Positions 35,953-45,356 of a DNA stretch of 64,000 nt are shown piece after piece (position 1 is the first letter of the stretch; each line of letters opens with the position of its first letter). Position numbers and translations under genes: made by a program. The DNA is from Candidatus Cybelea sp. (GTDB lineage: Bacteria > Vulcanimicrobiota > Vulcanimicrobiia > Vulcanimicrobiales > Vulcanimicrobiaceae): NCBI GenBank assembly GCA_035939175.1, contig DASZGC010000015.1, positions 11,261 to 75,260 of the forward strand, written 5' to 3'. A model generated the notes under the pieces. That model saw nothing but the letters and a program-made list of their open reading frames with translations. It searched no databases and was not told the DNA's origin.

Positions 35953-37344
35953 TCACGACGCTTTGGCCGGGGCTCCTAAAGCGATCGCGATGTCGACGAC
36001 GTCTTCTTCGCTCAGCGAGAGGCGGCTCATCGCGACTTCGTAGAGCTCGATCGTCTCCTCGCTCCTGCTCGACGCGGCGCGCTCTTCGCGCAGCCGTTTG
36101 ACCTCTTCGGTGACGCGTTGCGCGAGCGCGTTCGAAGGCTCGATGCCCGCGCGCGCCAGCCGATCGGCGTTGCGGCGCAGCGTGTCTTCCACGAGCGACG
36201 CGCCGGTATGCTTGCCGAAGACCCAGCTCGTGCTCGCGCCTACCAACTCGCCGGGAACTGCCTCGTACATGCGGTGATCGATCAGCATGGCTTGCGTGTG
36301 GATCCCCGATTCGTGCGCGAAGACCTTCGAGCCGACGATCGGCTCGTGCTGCTGTAGCGGAATGCCGCTCATCCGTTCCATAAAGCGGGCCAGTTCGCGC
36401 AGCTTCCCGTACTGAAAGCCCGGCAGCTCGATGCCGTAGAGCACGCGCAGCGCCACGACGAACTCGTGCAGCTTTACGTTGCCGGCGCGTTCGCCGTAGC
36501 CGTTGGCGGTGACGGAGACCACTTTGAAACCGCTCGACACGGCGGTGATCGCGTTGATCGTCCCCAAGCCGTAGTCGTTGTGCAGGTGCGCGACGATCGG
36601 CAGACCCCGCGGCAGCCCGGCGACGATGCGCGAGCAGTACCAGCGGGTCGCTTCGGGCGTGAGCGTGCCGACCGTGTCCGGCCATGCCGGGCGGGTGCCG
36701 CCGGCAGCCAAGCCTTCCTTGAAGTATTCGATGAAATAGTCGACGTCGCCGCGGCTGCCGTCCTCGGCGCCGAACTCGATGCGCTCGACGCCGCACTCGC
36801 GCGCGTGGCGGATCGCGTCGCACTGCAGATGGACGTTCGCTTCGCGGAAGAACGAGAGGGGCAGGTCGATAAGCTCGCTTTCGTCGCGACCCTCGTAACG
36901 CAGGAGGGTCTTGCCGATCTTATACTTGAGGTGCAGATCGCTGCCGCTGGTGAACACGAAAAACGTCACGTCGCGCGGCTCGATGCCGACGTCGCGCAGC
37001 GTCTTCACCGTGACGTCGATGTCGTTACGATTGCTGCGGCACATCACGACGATCTCGACGTCCCCAAGCTGTCCGCGGCGCTTTGCGTCCATCACTAGCT
37101 GCAGCGTCTTACGGTCGCCCTCCGACGCTGCAGGGAAGCCCACGCTCATCACGTGTACGCCGACGCCGGCCAGCACTTTGGCGATTTCGAGCTTCTGCGC
37201 CGGCGTGTAGCAGACGCCCGGCATCTGCTCGCCGTCGCGCAGCGTCTCGTCGTAGATCCGAATCTCGCTCGGATCGGGAAAAGGGATGTCTTTGGTAAAT
37301 TCTTTGGGATCGCGGATGAGGCGCTCGATCGGTTCGCGGAGCAT
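35953..37344 (-). CDS. HMGL-like synthase (homocitrate / citramalate / 2-isopropylmalate synthase family)
   Basis: Start set at ATG 37344 (MLREPIERL...). Motifs IYDETLRDGEQMPGV and HLHNDYGLGTINA are present. 463 aa. Substrate specificity cannot be assigned from sequence alone. Confidence 0.8.
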   Translation of the reverse strand: MLREPIERLIRDPKEFTKDIPFPDPSEIRIYDETLRDGEQMPGVCYTPAQKLEIAKVLAGVGVHVMSVGFPAASEGDRKTLQLVMDAKRRGQLGDVEIVVMCRSNRNDIDVTVKTLRDVGIEPRDVTFFVFTSGSDLHLKYKIGKTLLRYEGRDESELIDLPLSFFREANVHLQCDAIRHARECGVERIEFGAEDGSRGDVDYFIEYFKEGLAAGGTRPAWPDTVGTLTPEATRWYCSRIVAGLPRGLPIVAHLHNDYGLGTINAITAVSSGFKVVSVTANGYGERAGNVKLHEFVVALRVLYGIELPGFQYGKLRELARFMERMSGIPLQQHEPIVGSKVFAHESGIHTQAMLIDHRMYEAVPGELVGASTSWVFGKHTGASLVEDTLRRNADRLARAGIEPSNALAQRVTEEVKRLREERAASSRSEETIELYEVAMSRLSLSEEDVVDIAIALGAPAKAS

Positions 37345-37355
37345 GTTTGAGCCTT

Positions 37356-38648
37356 CTACGAAGGCCGCGGCATCTCTTGGCGCTGCCCGTCCTCCTCGCC
37401 GAAGCGAAGCTCGGCCGTATCGCGCGGAAAGAGCAAGTCGAGCGTCCAGTCGAACGCGACGCGCAGCTTGCGGTCGAGCCCCGGCAGACGCAGCAGGTAG
37501 TACGAGCGCCAGAGAAACCACGCGATGAAGCCGGTGATCACGCGGTTCCCGGGAAGCTGCGCGACGGCTTTGCGGCCTCCCAACGCCGCCATCATTCCGA
37601 GCGACGTGAAAGAGAACGGCGTGGGCGTGCGGCCGCGGAGCGCGGCGACGAGATTGTCGGCTAAGTGGGGGCCTTCGCGTATCGCGTGCTGAGCCGTCAT
37701 CGGATAGACGCCGCCCTTCCCATCGGGAATCGCGGCGCAATCGCCCAGGGCCCACACCGATCCGGCGGCATCGACGCGCATCTCGCGGTCGGTCTCCACG
37801 GCACCGCGTTTGGTCGTCGGAAGGCGCGTCTTTGCGATCGTCGGCGACGGTTTCACACCCGCGCTCCAGATCACGGCGGCGCTTTCGATGCGCCGGCCGC
37901 TCTGCAGCGTCAGCCCGTTCTCGTCGACGGCGGCCACGCCGTCTCCCAAGATTACCTCGACGCCGCGGCGCTCGAGTATGCGCCGCGAATACTCGCCCAT
38001 CTTTGCGGGCAAACCCGCGAGGAGCACCGGACCCGCTTCGACGAGCAGCATCTTTACTTCGTCGAGGCGCAGCTGCGCGTAGAAGCGCAGCACGCTGCGG
38101 AACAGCTCGACGATCTCACCCGCGGTCTCGACGCCGGTGAAGCCGCCGCCGACCACGACGAGCGTCAGCAGCCGCCGGCGGCGCGCGGCGTCGTCGATCG
38201 CATCGGCCAGCTCGAGGAGCATCACGAGATGATTGCGCAGTGCGTCGGCGTCGTCGAGCGTCTTGAGCGGCCACGTGTGTTCGGCGACCCCGGGGATTCC
38301 GAAGGTCGAGGTCGAGGAACCCAGCGCGAGCACGAGGCGGTCGTAGTGCTGTTCGCCCAGCGCGCCGGTAAGCAGGTGACGGAAACGAACGCTGCGGCGC
38401 GCGAGATCGATCTCCTCGACGTTGGCCAGCACGAAGCGGGTACGGTGAAGCTGCGCGCGGATCGGCGTCACCACGTGGCGCACCTCCAGCTCGCCCGAGG
38501 TCACCTCCGGGAGCATCGGCGTAAAGAGCGTGTAGTTCTCGCGGCTAAAGAGAACGATCTCCGCCTCGGCGGGGCGCAGACGCCGCTCCAGCCGTCGCGC
38601 AACCGAGACGCCGGCGAATCCTCCGCCCACGATCACGATGACCGGCAC
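37356..38648 (-). CDS. ndh: Type II NADH dehydrogenase (NDH-2)
   Basis: 430 aa. Two dinucleotide-binding motifs, IVIVGGGFAGV and VVVGGGFTGVE, are present. Confidence 0.9.
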   Translation of the reverse strand: MPVIVIVGGGFAGVSVARRLERRLRPAEAEIVLFSRENYTLFTPMLPEVTSGELEVRHVVTPIRAQLHRTRFVLANVEEIDLARRSVRFRHLLTGALGEQHYDRLVLALGSSTSTFGIPGVAEHTWPLKTLDDADALRNHLVMLLELADAIDDAARRRRLLTLVVVGGGFTGVETAGEIVELFRSVLRFYAQLRLDEVKMLLVEAGPVLLAGLPAKMGEYSRRILERRGVEVILGDGVAAVDENGLTLQSGRRIESAAVIWSAGVKPSPTIAKTRLPTTKRGAVETDREMRVDAAGSVWALGDCAAIPDGKGGVYPMTAQHAIREGPHLADNLVAALRGRTPTPFSFTSLGMMAALGGRKAVAQLPGNRVITGFIAWFLWRSYYLLRLPGLDRKLRVAFDWTLDLLFPRDTAELRFGEEDGQRQEMPRPS

Positions 38649-38671
38649 GCTGCGCGGTTGAAGAGGGTTGC

Positions 38672-39496
38672 GTGCAAACCCTGCCTCCCCCCAACCCGGC
38701 GGACGATCAAGAGGAGCAAAAGGCGGCTCAGCGGCGCACCGGCGGCATCGGCGCCGTCGTCGCCGCGCTGGCCGCGTTTCTACTCAAGTTCAAGTTTCTG
38801 CTGTTCTTCGGCGCCAAGCTGATCGGAGTCAGCTGGACCTTTCTGCTCTCGCTCTGGGTCTACGTGCTGATCTTCGGCTGGAAGCTCGCGGTCGTGGTGA
38901 TGCTGCTTCTGCTGGCGCACGAGCTGGGCCACTACTTCGCGTTTCGAGCCTACGGCCTGCCGGCGCGATTGCCCGCGTTCGTTCCGCTGCTCGGGGCGTT
39001 CACCGTTGGCGCGCCCCCCGACGACCTCGAGCACGACGCGTACATCGCGCTCGCGGGGCCGCTGACGGGGTTCGGCCTCGCCGCGGCCTGCTACGTCATC
39101 GGCGACGCGACCCAGGAGCGCTTCTGGTACGCTTGCGCCGACCTCTCGGCATTCCTAAACCTCTTTAACATGATTCCGGTACCGCCGTTCGACGGAGGTC
39201 GCATCATCAACGCGGTCTGGCCGCCGCTGTGGATCGTGGGGTTTGCAATCTTCATCGGCCTCTCGATCTTCTGGCACATTCCGCTGCTTTTCATCGCGAT
39301 CATCGGCATTCTGGGCTTGCCGGCGGTGTTCGCCGCGTGGCGCGGTCACGTCGATCCGCGCGCCGCGCGCATGACGTTTGCGGCAAAAGCCCGCGTCAGC
39401 GTCTGGTATCTCGCAACGCTCTTCGGATTGCTGATCGTGATGTCGCAATCGCACGCGATCGCGGCGCCGGGATCGGCGGGCGCGTTCGGACGGTGA
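38672..39496 (+). CDS. Peptidase M50 (site-2 protease-like) membrane metalloprotease
   Basis: 274 aa. HExxH is present as HELGH inside a TM helix. The second motif is NMIPVPPFDGGRI. Confidence 0.75.
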   Translation: MQTLPPPNPADDQEEQKAAQRRTGGIGAVVAALAAFLLKFKFLLFFGAKLIGVSWTFLLSLWVYVLIFGWKLAVVVMLLLLAHELGHYFAFRAYGLPARLPAFVPLLGAFTVGAPPDDLEHDAYIALAGPLTGFGLAAACYVIGDATQERFWYACADLSAFLNLFNMIPVPPFDGGRIINAVWPPLWIVGFAIFIGLSIFWHIPLLFIAIIGILGLPAVFAAWRGHVDPRAARMTFAAKARVSVWYLATLFGLLIVMSQSHAIAAPGSAGAFGR

Positions 39497-40902
39497 GGCG
39501 CGCGGCGTCTCTGACGCTGGCGTACGTGGCGATCGCGATTGCAATTCTGGCGGCGCGGCCCCAGGCGACGCCCGGTCCGGCGGCGCGAGACTTCGAAGCG
39601 TACTGGTCGGCCGGGGCGGCGTGGAACGCGCACGCCGATCCGTATTCGGCGGGGATCTGGACGTTCGAGCGCGCGGTGCCCGGCGTAGACCCACGCCGTT
39701 ACGAGTTGCTTCCCTTCGTCGGGCCGCCGCCGGCGCTGCCCGCGTGGAGCCTCTTTGCGCGCCTGCCTTACGGCGCGGCGACGGCGCTCTGGCTCTCACT
39801 GATCGGCGCGGCGATCGTCGCGCTGGCGCTGACCGCGGCGCGCGGAAGCGGCGCGCCGCCGAACGTCGCCACGACGCTGGGCGCGATCGCGCTCGCGCTT
39901 TCGTTCGGGCCGGTCACCAGCGACTTCGCGCTTGGACAACTTGCGCTCCCGGCATTTCTCGGCGCCACGCTGCTTGCTGCCGGTACGGCGCCCTTATCCG
40001 GCGCGACGATCTACGCGCTGCTCGCGTATGCGCAGCCGAACGTCGCGCTGGGACTGCTCTCGCAACTCGGGCGCAACCGCGCGACGCTGGCGATGATTGC
40101 CGGCGCTCTCGCGACCTACGCGCTTGGTGCGATCGCGGCGGGCCCGATGTGGCCGGTGCTCTACGCGCGCGCGCTCGCGGCCCATGCCGGAGCGGAGCGG
40201 TTTGCCGCGATTCAGCTCACGCCTGCGGCCATCGCTTACGGTTTCGGCGCGCCGCCGCCGATCGCGCAGGTCGCGGGCTTCGCATTCGCCGTGGCCGCGC
40301 TGACGGCTGGGATAGCTCTCACCGTGATGCTGCGCGAGCGATTCGCGCGCTTTGCCGCGTGCTCGGCGCTGGTGCCGTTCGTTTCGTCCTTCGCGCACGA
40401 GCACGATCTCGTCGTCGCCTATGCAGCGGCGCTCTGGTGCGCGCTGCGGACGCAAGGCGTCACTCGCGCAATCGCGCTCGTGGGAACGATCTTGGTAAGC
40501 GTCGACTGGCTCGGGCTGGCGCAGCGCCCCACCGGCGTGGGCCAGAGCGCGCTGCTCCTCGCCGCGGCGCTCGCGGCCTTTGTGGCGCTCGGCCCCATAG
40601 CCGTCAGGGCGACAATGGGGGTGAGAACGGTGGCGATAACGGCCGTGCTGATCCTGGCCGTCTTTGTCTCCGGTGCGTTGCTGGGCGCCGCGCACCCCGC
40701 GCCGGTGTGGCCCGACGCGATGCACTCCTTTGCGCCGCCACCCGGCGCTGCGGCGGCGACGCTGTGGCTAGCGGAGCAGCGAGCGACGGGGCTGCTCGCT
40801 GCGGTCCCCGCGTGGGCGTTGCTGAGAGCGCTCTCTCTCGGCGGCTGCGCGCTGCTGGTTTACGCTATATATCGACGTTCGTCATGTTGTCGAATGGCGT
40901 GA
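39493..40902 (+). CDS. Polytopic GT-C-type membrane protein (DUF2029/GT87-like glycosyltransferase)
   Basis: GTG at 39493 overlaps the M50 stop (GTGA). 469 aa with more than 10 TM helices. The N-terminal loop ARDFEAYWSAGAAWNAHADPYS is typical of DUF2029-type proteins. Confidence 0.55.
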   Translation: MRRAASLTLAYVAIAIAILAARPQATPGPAARDFEAYWSAGAAWNAHADPYSAGIWTFERAVPGVDPRRYELLPFVGPPPALPAWSLFARLPYGAATALWLSLIGAAIVALALTAARGSGAPPNVATTLGAIALALSFGPVTSDFALGQLALPAFLGATLLAAGTAPLSGATIYALLAYAQPNVALGLLSQLGRNRATLAMIAGALATYALGAIAAGPMWPVLYARALAAHAGAERFAAIQLTPAAIAYGFGAPPPIAQVAGFAFAVAALTAGIALTVMLRERFARFAACSALVPFVSSFAHEHDLVVAYAAALWCALRTQGVTRAIALVGTILVSVDWLGLAQRPTGVGQSALLLAAALAAFVALGPIAVRATMGVRTVAITAVLILAVFVSGALLGAAHPAPVWPDAMHSFAPPPGAAAATLWLAEQRATGLLAAVPAWALLRALSLGGCALLVYAIYRRSSCCRMA

Positions 40903-42481
40903 ACGCGCCCGGATTGTAACCCGTCAGGTTGGGATTATAGGTGAAGCCCGTGTCGAGTATCGCGAGAACGATCGTCGGGCAGTCGGCGATCACCATCCGC
41001 ACCTCCTGATCGAAGAGCTTGGCCTGTTCCGCCGGATCGTAGGTCGTCTTGATCTTTTCCATCAACGCGTCGGCCCTGGCGTTGCAGTAGTGGAGCACGT
41101 TTTGGCCATTGGGCGGAATCTGATTGCACTCCAGCGTGTTGGAGTAGTCGGGGATCGGGATGTCCTGCCAGGCAAACATCGTCATGTCCCATTTGCTGCC
41201 GTAGACGATGCCGCCGTTCTGATAGGGAGCGAAGAACATCGCCGGCGCGAACTTGCGCGTTTGAATGTCGATCCCCACGGCGCGCAGCTCTTCGCGGATC
41301 ATCTCAACCGTATCGTCGGCCGTCGAGACGCCGGTGTAGTAGGGGAACTGCAGCGAGAGCCTCTGGCCGTTCTTCACGCGAATGCCGCCCGGACCCATCT
41401 TCCAGCCCGCAGCTTCTAGCAACGCCCGCGCCTTGTCGGCGTCGTGTTCGAAGAACGGAATCCCCTTGGGCGCGAAGGGGAGAACGGGCGAGACGAAGCT
41501 CTCCTGAAGCGTCGCATAGCCATGCGAGATCTTGGCGACCATCTGACGGCGGTCGATTGCGTAGCGGATCGCCTGGCGCACGCGGACGTCGCTTACGAGC
41601 GGGCGCGTCACGTTGAAATCCAGGTGCGAGTAATATATCCCCGGGTGCACGTCGGTGTGCACGTTCGGGAGCGCTTTGGTCTGATAGATGTACGACGGCG
41701 CCACCTCGGGCCATAGCTCGACTTCGCCCGTCTGCATCAACGTGAGCAGCGTATCGCGCGACGGAATCAGCTTGTAGGTGATGCGCTGCAGCTTCGCCGC
41801 GCCGCGGAAATAGTAGGGGTTGGCCTCCAGGTCGATCGTGTCTCCACGCTTCCAGTCGACCACGCGGAAAGGCCCGATGCCCACGGGCTTGGAGTTGTAC
41901 GGGATGTTGTTGATATTGGGAAATTTCGCGAGCAGATGCACGGGAAGAACCGTCGGGTTCGCGCCGGCGCTGCCGAAAAACGTCGGGATGTACGGCGAGT
42001 AGGGGTGTTTGAGATGGTACACGACCGTGTACTTGTCGGGCTCGTCGATCTTCGTGATCAGATTCCAGCCGTCGCGGCCCACCTCGTTGTTCGCGGGGTT
42101 CAGCACGACTTTCGTTGAGAATACGACGTCGTCGGCCGAAAACGGCGCCCCGTCCGACCAGCGCACCCCTTTGCGCAGACGCCAGGTGATCGTATCGCCA
42201 TCCTTGCTGATCCCGCCGTTGGCCTGCGTCGGCACGACGGTGAGAAGCTCGGGATACGGCCGGTTCTGCGCGTCGTACTTCACGAGATACGCCTGGGTCA
42301 TCTGCGAGATGTAGCCCAACGTCGTCTCGGTGAAGAGGTGCGGATTGAGGGTCGTCACGTCGCCGGTGCCATCGGCGATCGTCAGGTAGTGCGGCGTGGC
42401 GCTGCTCTGGCCGCCTTTGGTGCACGAGCAGAGTGCGGCCACCGCGACGGCGACCGCCAGCAGGCGCGAAATCCTCGACAT
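40865..42481 (-). CDS. ABC-transporter substrate-binding lipoprotein, family 5 (peptide/nickel/opine type), copy 2
   Basis: Start set at ATG 42481 (MSRISRLLAVAVAVAALCSC, a lipobox) with GAGGAG upstream; the alternative is ATG 42502. SBP_bac_5 pattern is present: WRLRKGVRWSDGAPFSADDV, GIGPFRV. Confidence 0.85.
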   Translation of the reverse strand: MSRISRLLAVAVAVAALCSCTKGGQSSATPHYLTIADGTGDVTTLNPHLFTETTLGYISQMTQAYLVKYDAQNRPYPELLTVVPTQANGGISKDGDTITWRLRKGVRWSDGAPFSADDVVFSTKVVLNPANNEVGRDGWNLITKIDEPDKYTVVYHLKHPYSPYIPTFFGSAGANPTVLPVHLLAKFPNINNIPYNSKPVGIGPFRVVDWKRGDTIDLEANPYYFRGAAKLQRITYKLIPSRDTLLTLMQTGEVELWPEVAPSYIYQTKALPNVHTDVHPGIYYSHLDFNVTRPLVSDVRVRQAIRYAIDRRQMVAKISHGYATLQESFVSPVLPFAPKGIPFFEHDADKARALLEAAGWKMGPGGIRVKNGQRLSLQFPYYTGVSTADDTVEMIREELRAVGIDIQTRKFAPAMFFAPYQNGGIVYGSKWDMTMFAWQDIPIPDYSNTLECNQIPPNGQNVLHYCNARADALMEKIKTTYDPAEQAKLFDQEVRMVIADCPTIVLAILDTGFTYNPNLTGYNPGAFTPFDNMTNVDI

Positions 42482-42502
42482 GACCGGCGTTGCTCCTCTC
42501 AT

Positions 42503-44164
42503 CTAGATCGAGTAGTCCCAGGGGTTCCAAAACGCTGAAATCACCGGCGATGGGTCGAATCCCTTCAAGTCGCTGTTATAGACGTACGGCACGCGAGAAA
42601 AGTTGATGATGATCGTTGGCACGTCGTACGTCAGCTGCTGCTGAACGATCACGTAATCACGTTTTCTGCGGACCTGGTCGACCGTCGAGAGCGCGTCGTT
42701 CATTGCGGCGGTGGCTTTGGCGTTGTTCCAGAACATCGCATTCTGCCCATGCGGCGCGAAGTTCTCCGCGGAGTAGATGGCGCTGTCGTCGGGGTCGGCG
42801 GCTCCGGCCCAGCTGAAGCCGGCAACGTCGTAGTGTCCGCCCTGGAGCGTGCCGTTGGAGGAATTCTCAAAGAATTCGCTCGACGGGTAATTCTTGATGT
42901 CGGCTTGGATCCCGACCTCGCGCCATTGGTGCTGCAGCACCGTTTGCAGTGCCTTGCCGTAGGTCGACTCGGTCTGCGTGCTCAGCTGGAACTCCAATCG
43001 CTGCCCGTTCTTCACCCGAACGCCGTCAGGCCCGAGCTTCCAACCGTCGGCCTCGAGCGTTTGGCGCGCCTTGTCGGGGTCGTACGGATAGTGCGTGACG
43101 TCATCGGTATGCGCCCAAGACAGCAGGGGATTCTGATCGGTCTCGGAGGCAATCGCCGAGCCGTGCAGCAGCTTGTCGATGATCTCTTGGCGGTTTGTCG
43201 CGTAGGCGACGGCGACGCGCACGTTGCGGTCGCTCACGATCGGATGGCGCAAATTGAAGTCGAGATGTGAGAAGAAATACGAGTTGACGCGCGTCGCCAC
43301 GAGGCCGTTGGCCGGATCGGCCGCCAGCGAGGCGTACTGCGGCCACTTCATCGCCGAACCGGTCGCCAGCATGTCGATCTCGTGCGTCTGCAGCTGCGTC
43401 TCCTCGGTGTTCTCGTCGGGTAGGATCTTGTAGATCACCTGGCTGAGCTTCGGCTTTCCAAGATAGAAGTCTGGATTGGCCACCATTCGCACGTCCTGTG
43501 CGCGATTCCACGCCACCACTTTGAAGGGACCGCTGCCGATCGGCATCGAGTTGTAGGGCGCCGTGTTGAAGGAGCCCTTGTCGTCGTTGTACTTCTCTAA
43601 AAGGTGCTTGGGCAGGATCGGCGCGTTGCCGTTCACGCTCCAGAGCTGCTGCAGGAAGGGCGCGTAGAGCTTGTTCATGTGGATGAGCGCAACGTGTGGA
43701 TCCGAGCAGTCGATGCTTCCGATGCTCTTATAGCCGTCGGTCGTCACCACGTTGTTGTGCGTGTTCATGACGACTTGCCAGGTGAACTTCAGGTCGTCAC
43801 AGGTCAACGGCACGCCGTCTTGCCATTTGATGTTGGGGCGAAGTTTGTACTTGAGCGTAAGGCCGTCTTTGCTCACGTCTCCGTTAGCGATCGTCGGCAC
43901 CTCTCGCAAGGCATCGGGCACGGGGTTCGCCTTGGAGTCGTAGCGGATCGCCCACGAGAAGATGAACATCGAGAGATCGAGGGTGGGCGACGCGGAGTCG
44001 AGCACGGGGTTAAGACCCTTCGGATCGGTGGCTTCGGAGAAGCGAAAGACGCCGGGTTGCGTCCACGAATGCGTGCCGCCGGCACCGCCAGTCGAAACTT
44101 TGGTGCAGCCGGCGGCGCCGGCTCCCACGGCGAGCGCCGCGATGGCAACGAGGACCTTTCTCAT
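42503..44164 (-). CDS. ABC-transporter substrate-binding lipoprotein, family 5, copy 1
   Basis: 553 aa with lipobox AAGC. Pattern YKLRPNIKWQDGVPLTCDDL and GSGPFKV is present. The start overlaps the upstream stop (ATGA). Confidence 0.85.
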   Translation of the reverse strand: MRKVLVAIAALAVGAGAAGCTKVSTGGAGGTHSWTQPGVFRFSEATDPKGLNPVLDSASPTLDLSMFIFSWAIRYDSKANPVPDALREVPTIANGDVSKDGLTLKYKLRPNIKWQDGVPLTCDDLKFTWQVVMNTHNNVVTTDGYKSIGSIDCSDPHVALIHMNKLYAPFLQQLWSVNGNAPILPKHLLEKYNDDKGSFNTAPYNSMPIGSGPFKVVAWNRAQDVRMVANPDFYLGKPKLSQVIYKILPDENTEETQLQTHEIDMLATGSAMKWPQYASLAADPANGLVATRVNSYFFSHLDFNLRHPIVSDRNVRVAVAYATNRQEIIDKLLHGSAIASETDQNPLLSWAHTDDVTHYPYDPDKARQTLEADGWKLGPDGVRVKNGQRLEFQLSTQTESTYGKALQTVLQHQWREVGIQADIKNYPSSEFFENSSNGTLQGGHYDVAGFSWAGAADPDDSAIYSAENFAPHGQNAMFWNNAKATAAMNDALSTVDQVRRKRDYVIVQQQLTYDVPTIIINFSRVPYVYNSDLKGFDPSPVISAFWNPWDYSI

Positions 44165-45342
44165 GCACTTGTCCCTTCTTCGCCCGGATCGGCTCGCATC
44201 GTTTCGGGATCGATGCCATGTTCGATGCAGAACTCGCGATACGCGCTCGGTGCGATCTCCGATGGCTTGATCTCGCTGCGTCCTCCCCAGAAGACGTTCG
44301 TATACGAAAACTCGATGCCCGCCTCATGGAGGTGCGCGTCGATCGCCTCTTTATGTGCGAGAACGAACGGCTTTTCCATTCCGTGAGCTACGGCCATTAC
44401 GTTGACGTCGTGGAACTCAGGCCCCGCCTCTCGCCAGTAGGCGTGCGTGATCACGTAGTGGCGCCCCACCTCGCAGCCCGCGGCCATCTCGCTGCCCGGG
44501 GGTACCGCCCAGTGGAAGAGGGCGTTGTAGCGGGTCACGCGCTCGTTGCCGGCGGTCGGCTTCACGTGCTCGAGGAACGTGGAGAAGCGGCCGATGACGC
44601 CGCGCTCCTGCAGCTCCTGCGCCACCTCCAGGAAGCGCTCGCGGGAGAGGCCGGCTTCGCGGGCACGCCCGGCCCACAGATCGGCGGCAAGCTCGCCCGG
44701 CGCGAACTCGCGCTTGAGTGCGACGAGCACGCGCCACTGAAGATCCGACAGCTCGACGATCGCGGTATCGATGGCACGGGCCGGCTCCGGAGCGCGCGCG
44801 CCCGGCTCCAGGCCGCGCCGGCGAACGTGCCCGACGCCGAGCGCGAAGAGCTTTTTGGCGGGCATGATCTTGAATCGCTGCGCTCCCACGTAGCTCTGCA
44901 GCCAGAGCGCGTGCTTGCGCAAGGAGTATCCTTGCGGCACCTTCAGCGTCGTCCAGAGCCGGTAGCTGCTGCCGGCGGTGACGGAGTCGGTCGAGCGAAT
45001 CACGACGTGGCCCGAAAACGGATCGTCGCGGAACATCGCATCGAAGGCGGCGTCGAGTCGCTCGGGGGGCACTTCCCAGGCGCAGAGCGCGCCTCGCGCC
45101 AGACTCGTCGAAAGCAGCGTCTGGCGCACGCGCCGAATCGTGCCGGCGCGCAGCATCGCCGCCACGCGCTCGATGACGAACTCGCGATCGAGTCCGGTGC
45201 GCTGCGCAATTTCGCCGAACGGATCGGCCTGAAAACCAACGAGGCGATCCTCCGAAACTGCCAGGATCGCCGCATTAACAGGATCCGAAACCGTCGCCGG
45301 CACCGCTCCCGGTGGCGTCACTCTGGAACCTTTACCTCGCAC
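44161..45342 (-). CDS. Tandem AsnC/Lrp-type protein resembling siroheme decarboxylase NirDL/AhbAB
   Basis: 393 aa made of two halves. Each has an HTH-like segment (...FGEIAQRTGLDREFVIERVAAMLRAGTIRRV / ...RAREAGLSRERFLEVAQELQERGVIGRF). Each then has an AsnC-type ligand domain (ALCAWEVPPERLD...SGHVVIR...RLWTTL / ALFHWAVPP...THAYWRE). Confidence 0.55.
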   Translation of the reverse strand: MRGKGSRVTPPGAVPATVSDPVNAAILAVSEDRLVGFQADPFGEIAQRTGLDREFVIERVAAMLRAGTIRRVRQTLLSTSLARGALCAWEVPPERLDAAFDAMFRDDPFSGHVVIRSTDSVTAGSSYRLWTTLKVPQGYSLRKHALWLQSYVGAQRFKIMPAKKLFALGVGHVRRRGLEPGARAPEPARAIDTAIVELSDLQWRVLVALKREFAPGELAADLWAGRAREAGLSRERFLEVAQELQERGVIGRFSTFLEHVKPTAGNERVTRYNALFHWAVPPGSEMAAGCEVGRHYVITHAYWREAGPEFHDVNVMAVAHGMEKPFVLAHKEAIDAHLHEAGIEFSYTNVFWGGRSEIKPSEIAPSAYREFCIEHGIDPETMRADPGEEGTSA

Positions 45343-45356
45343 CTCTGCGGGGTACC

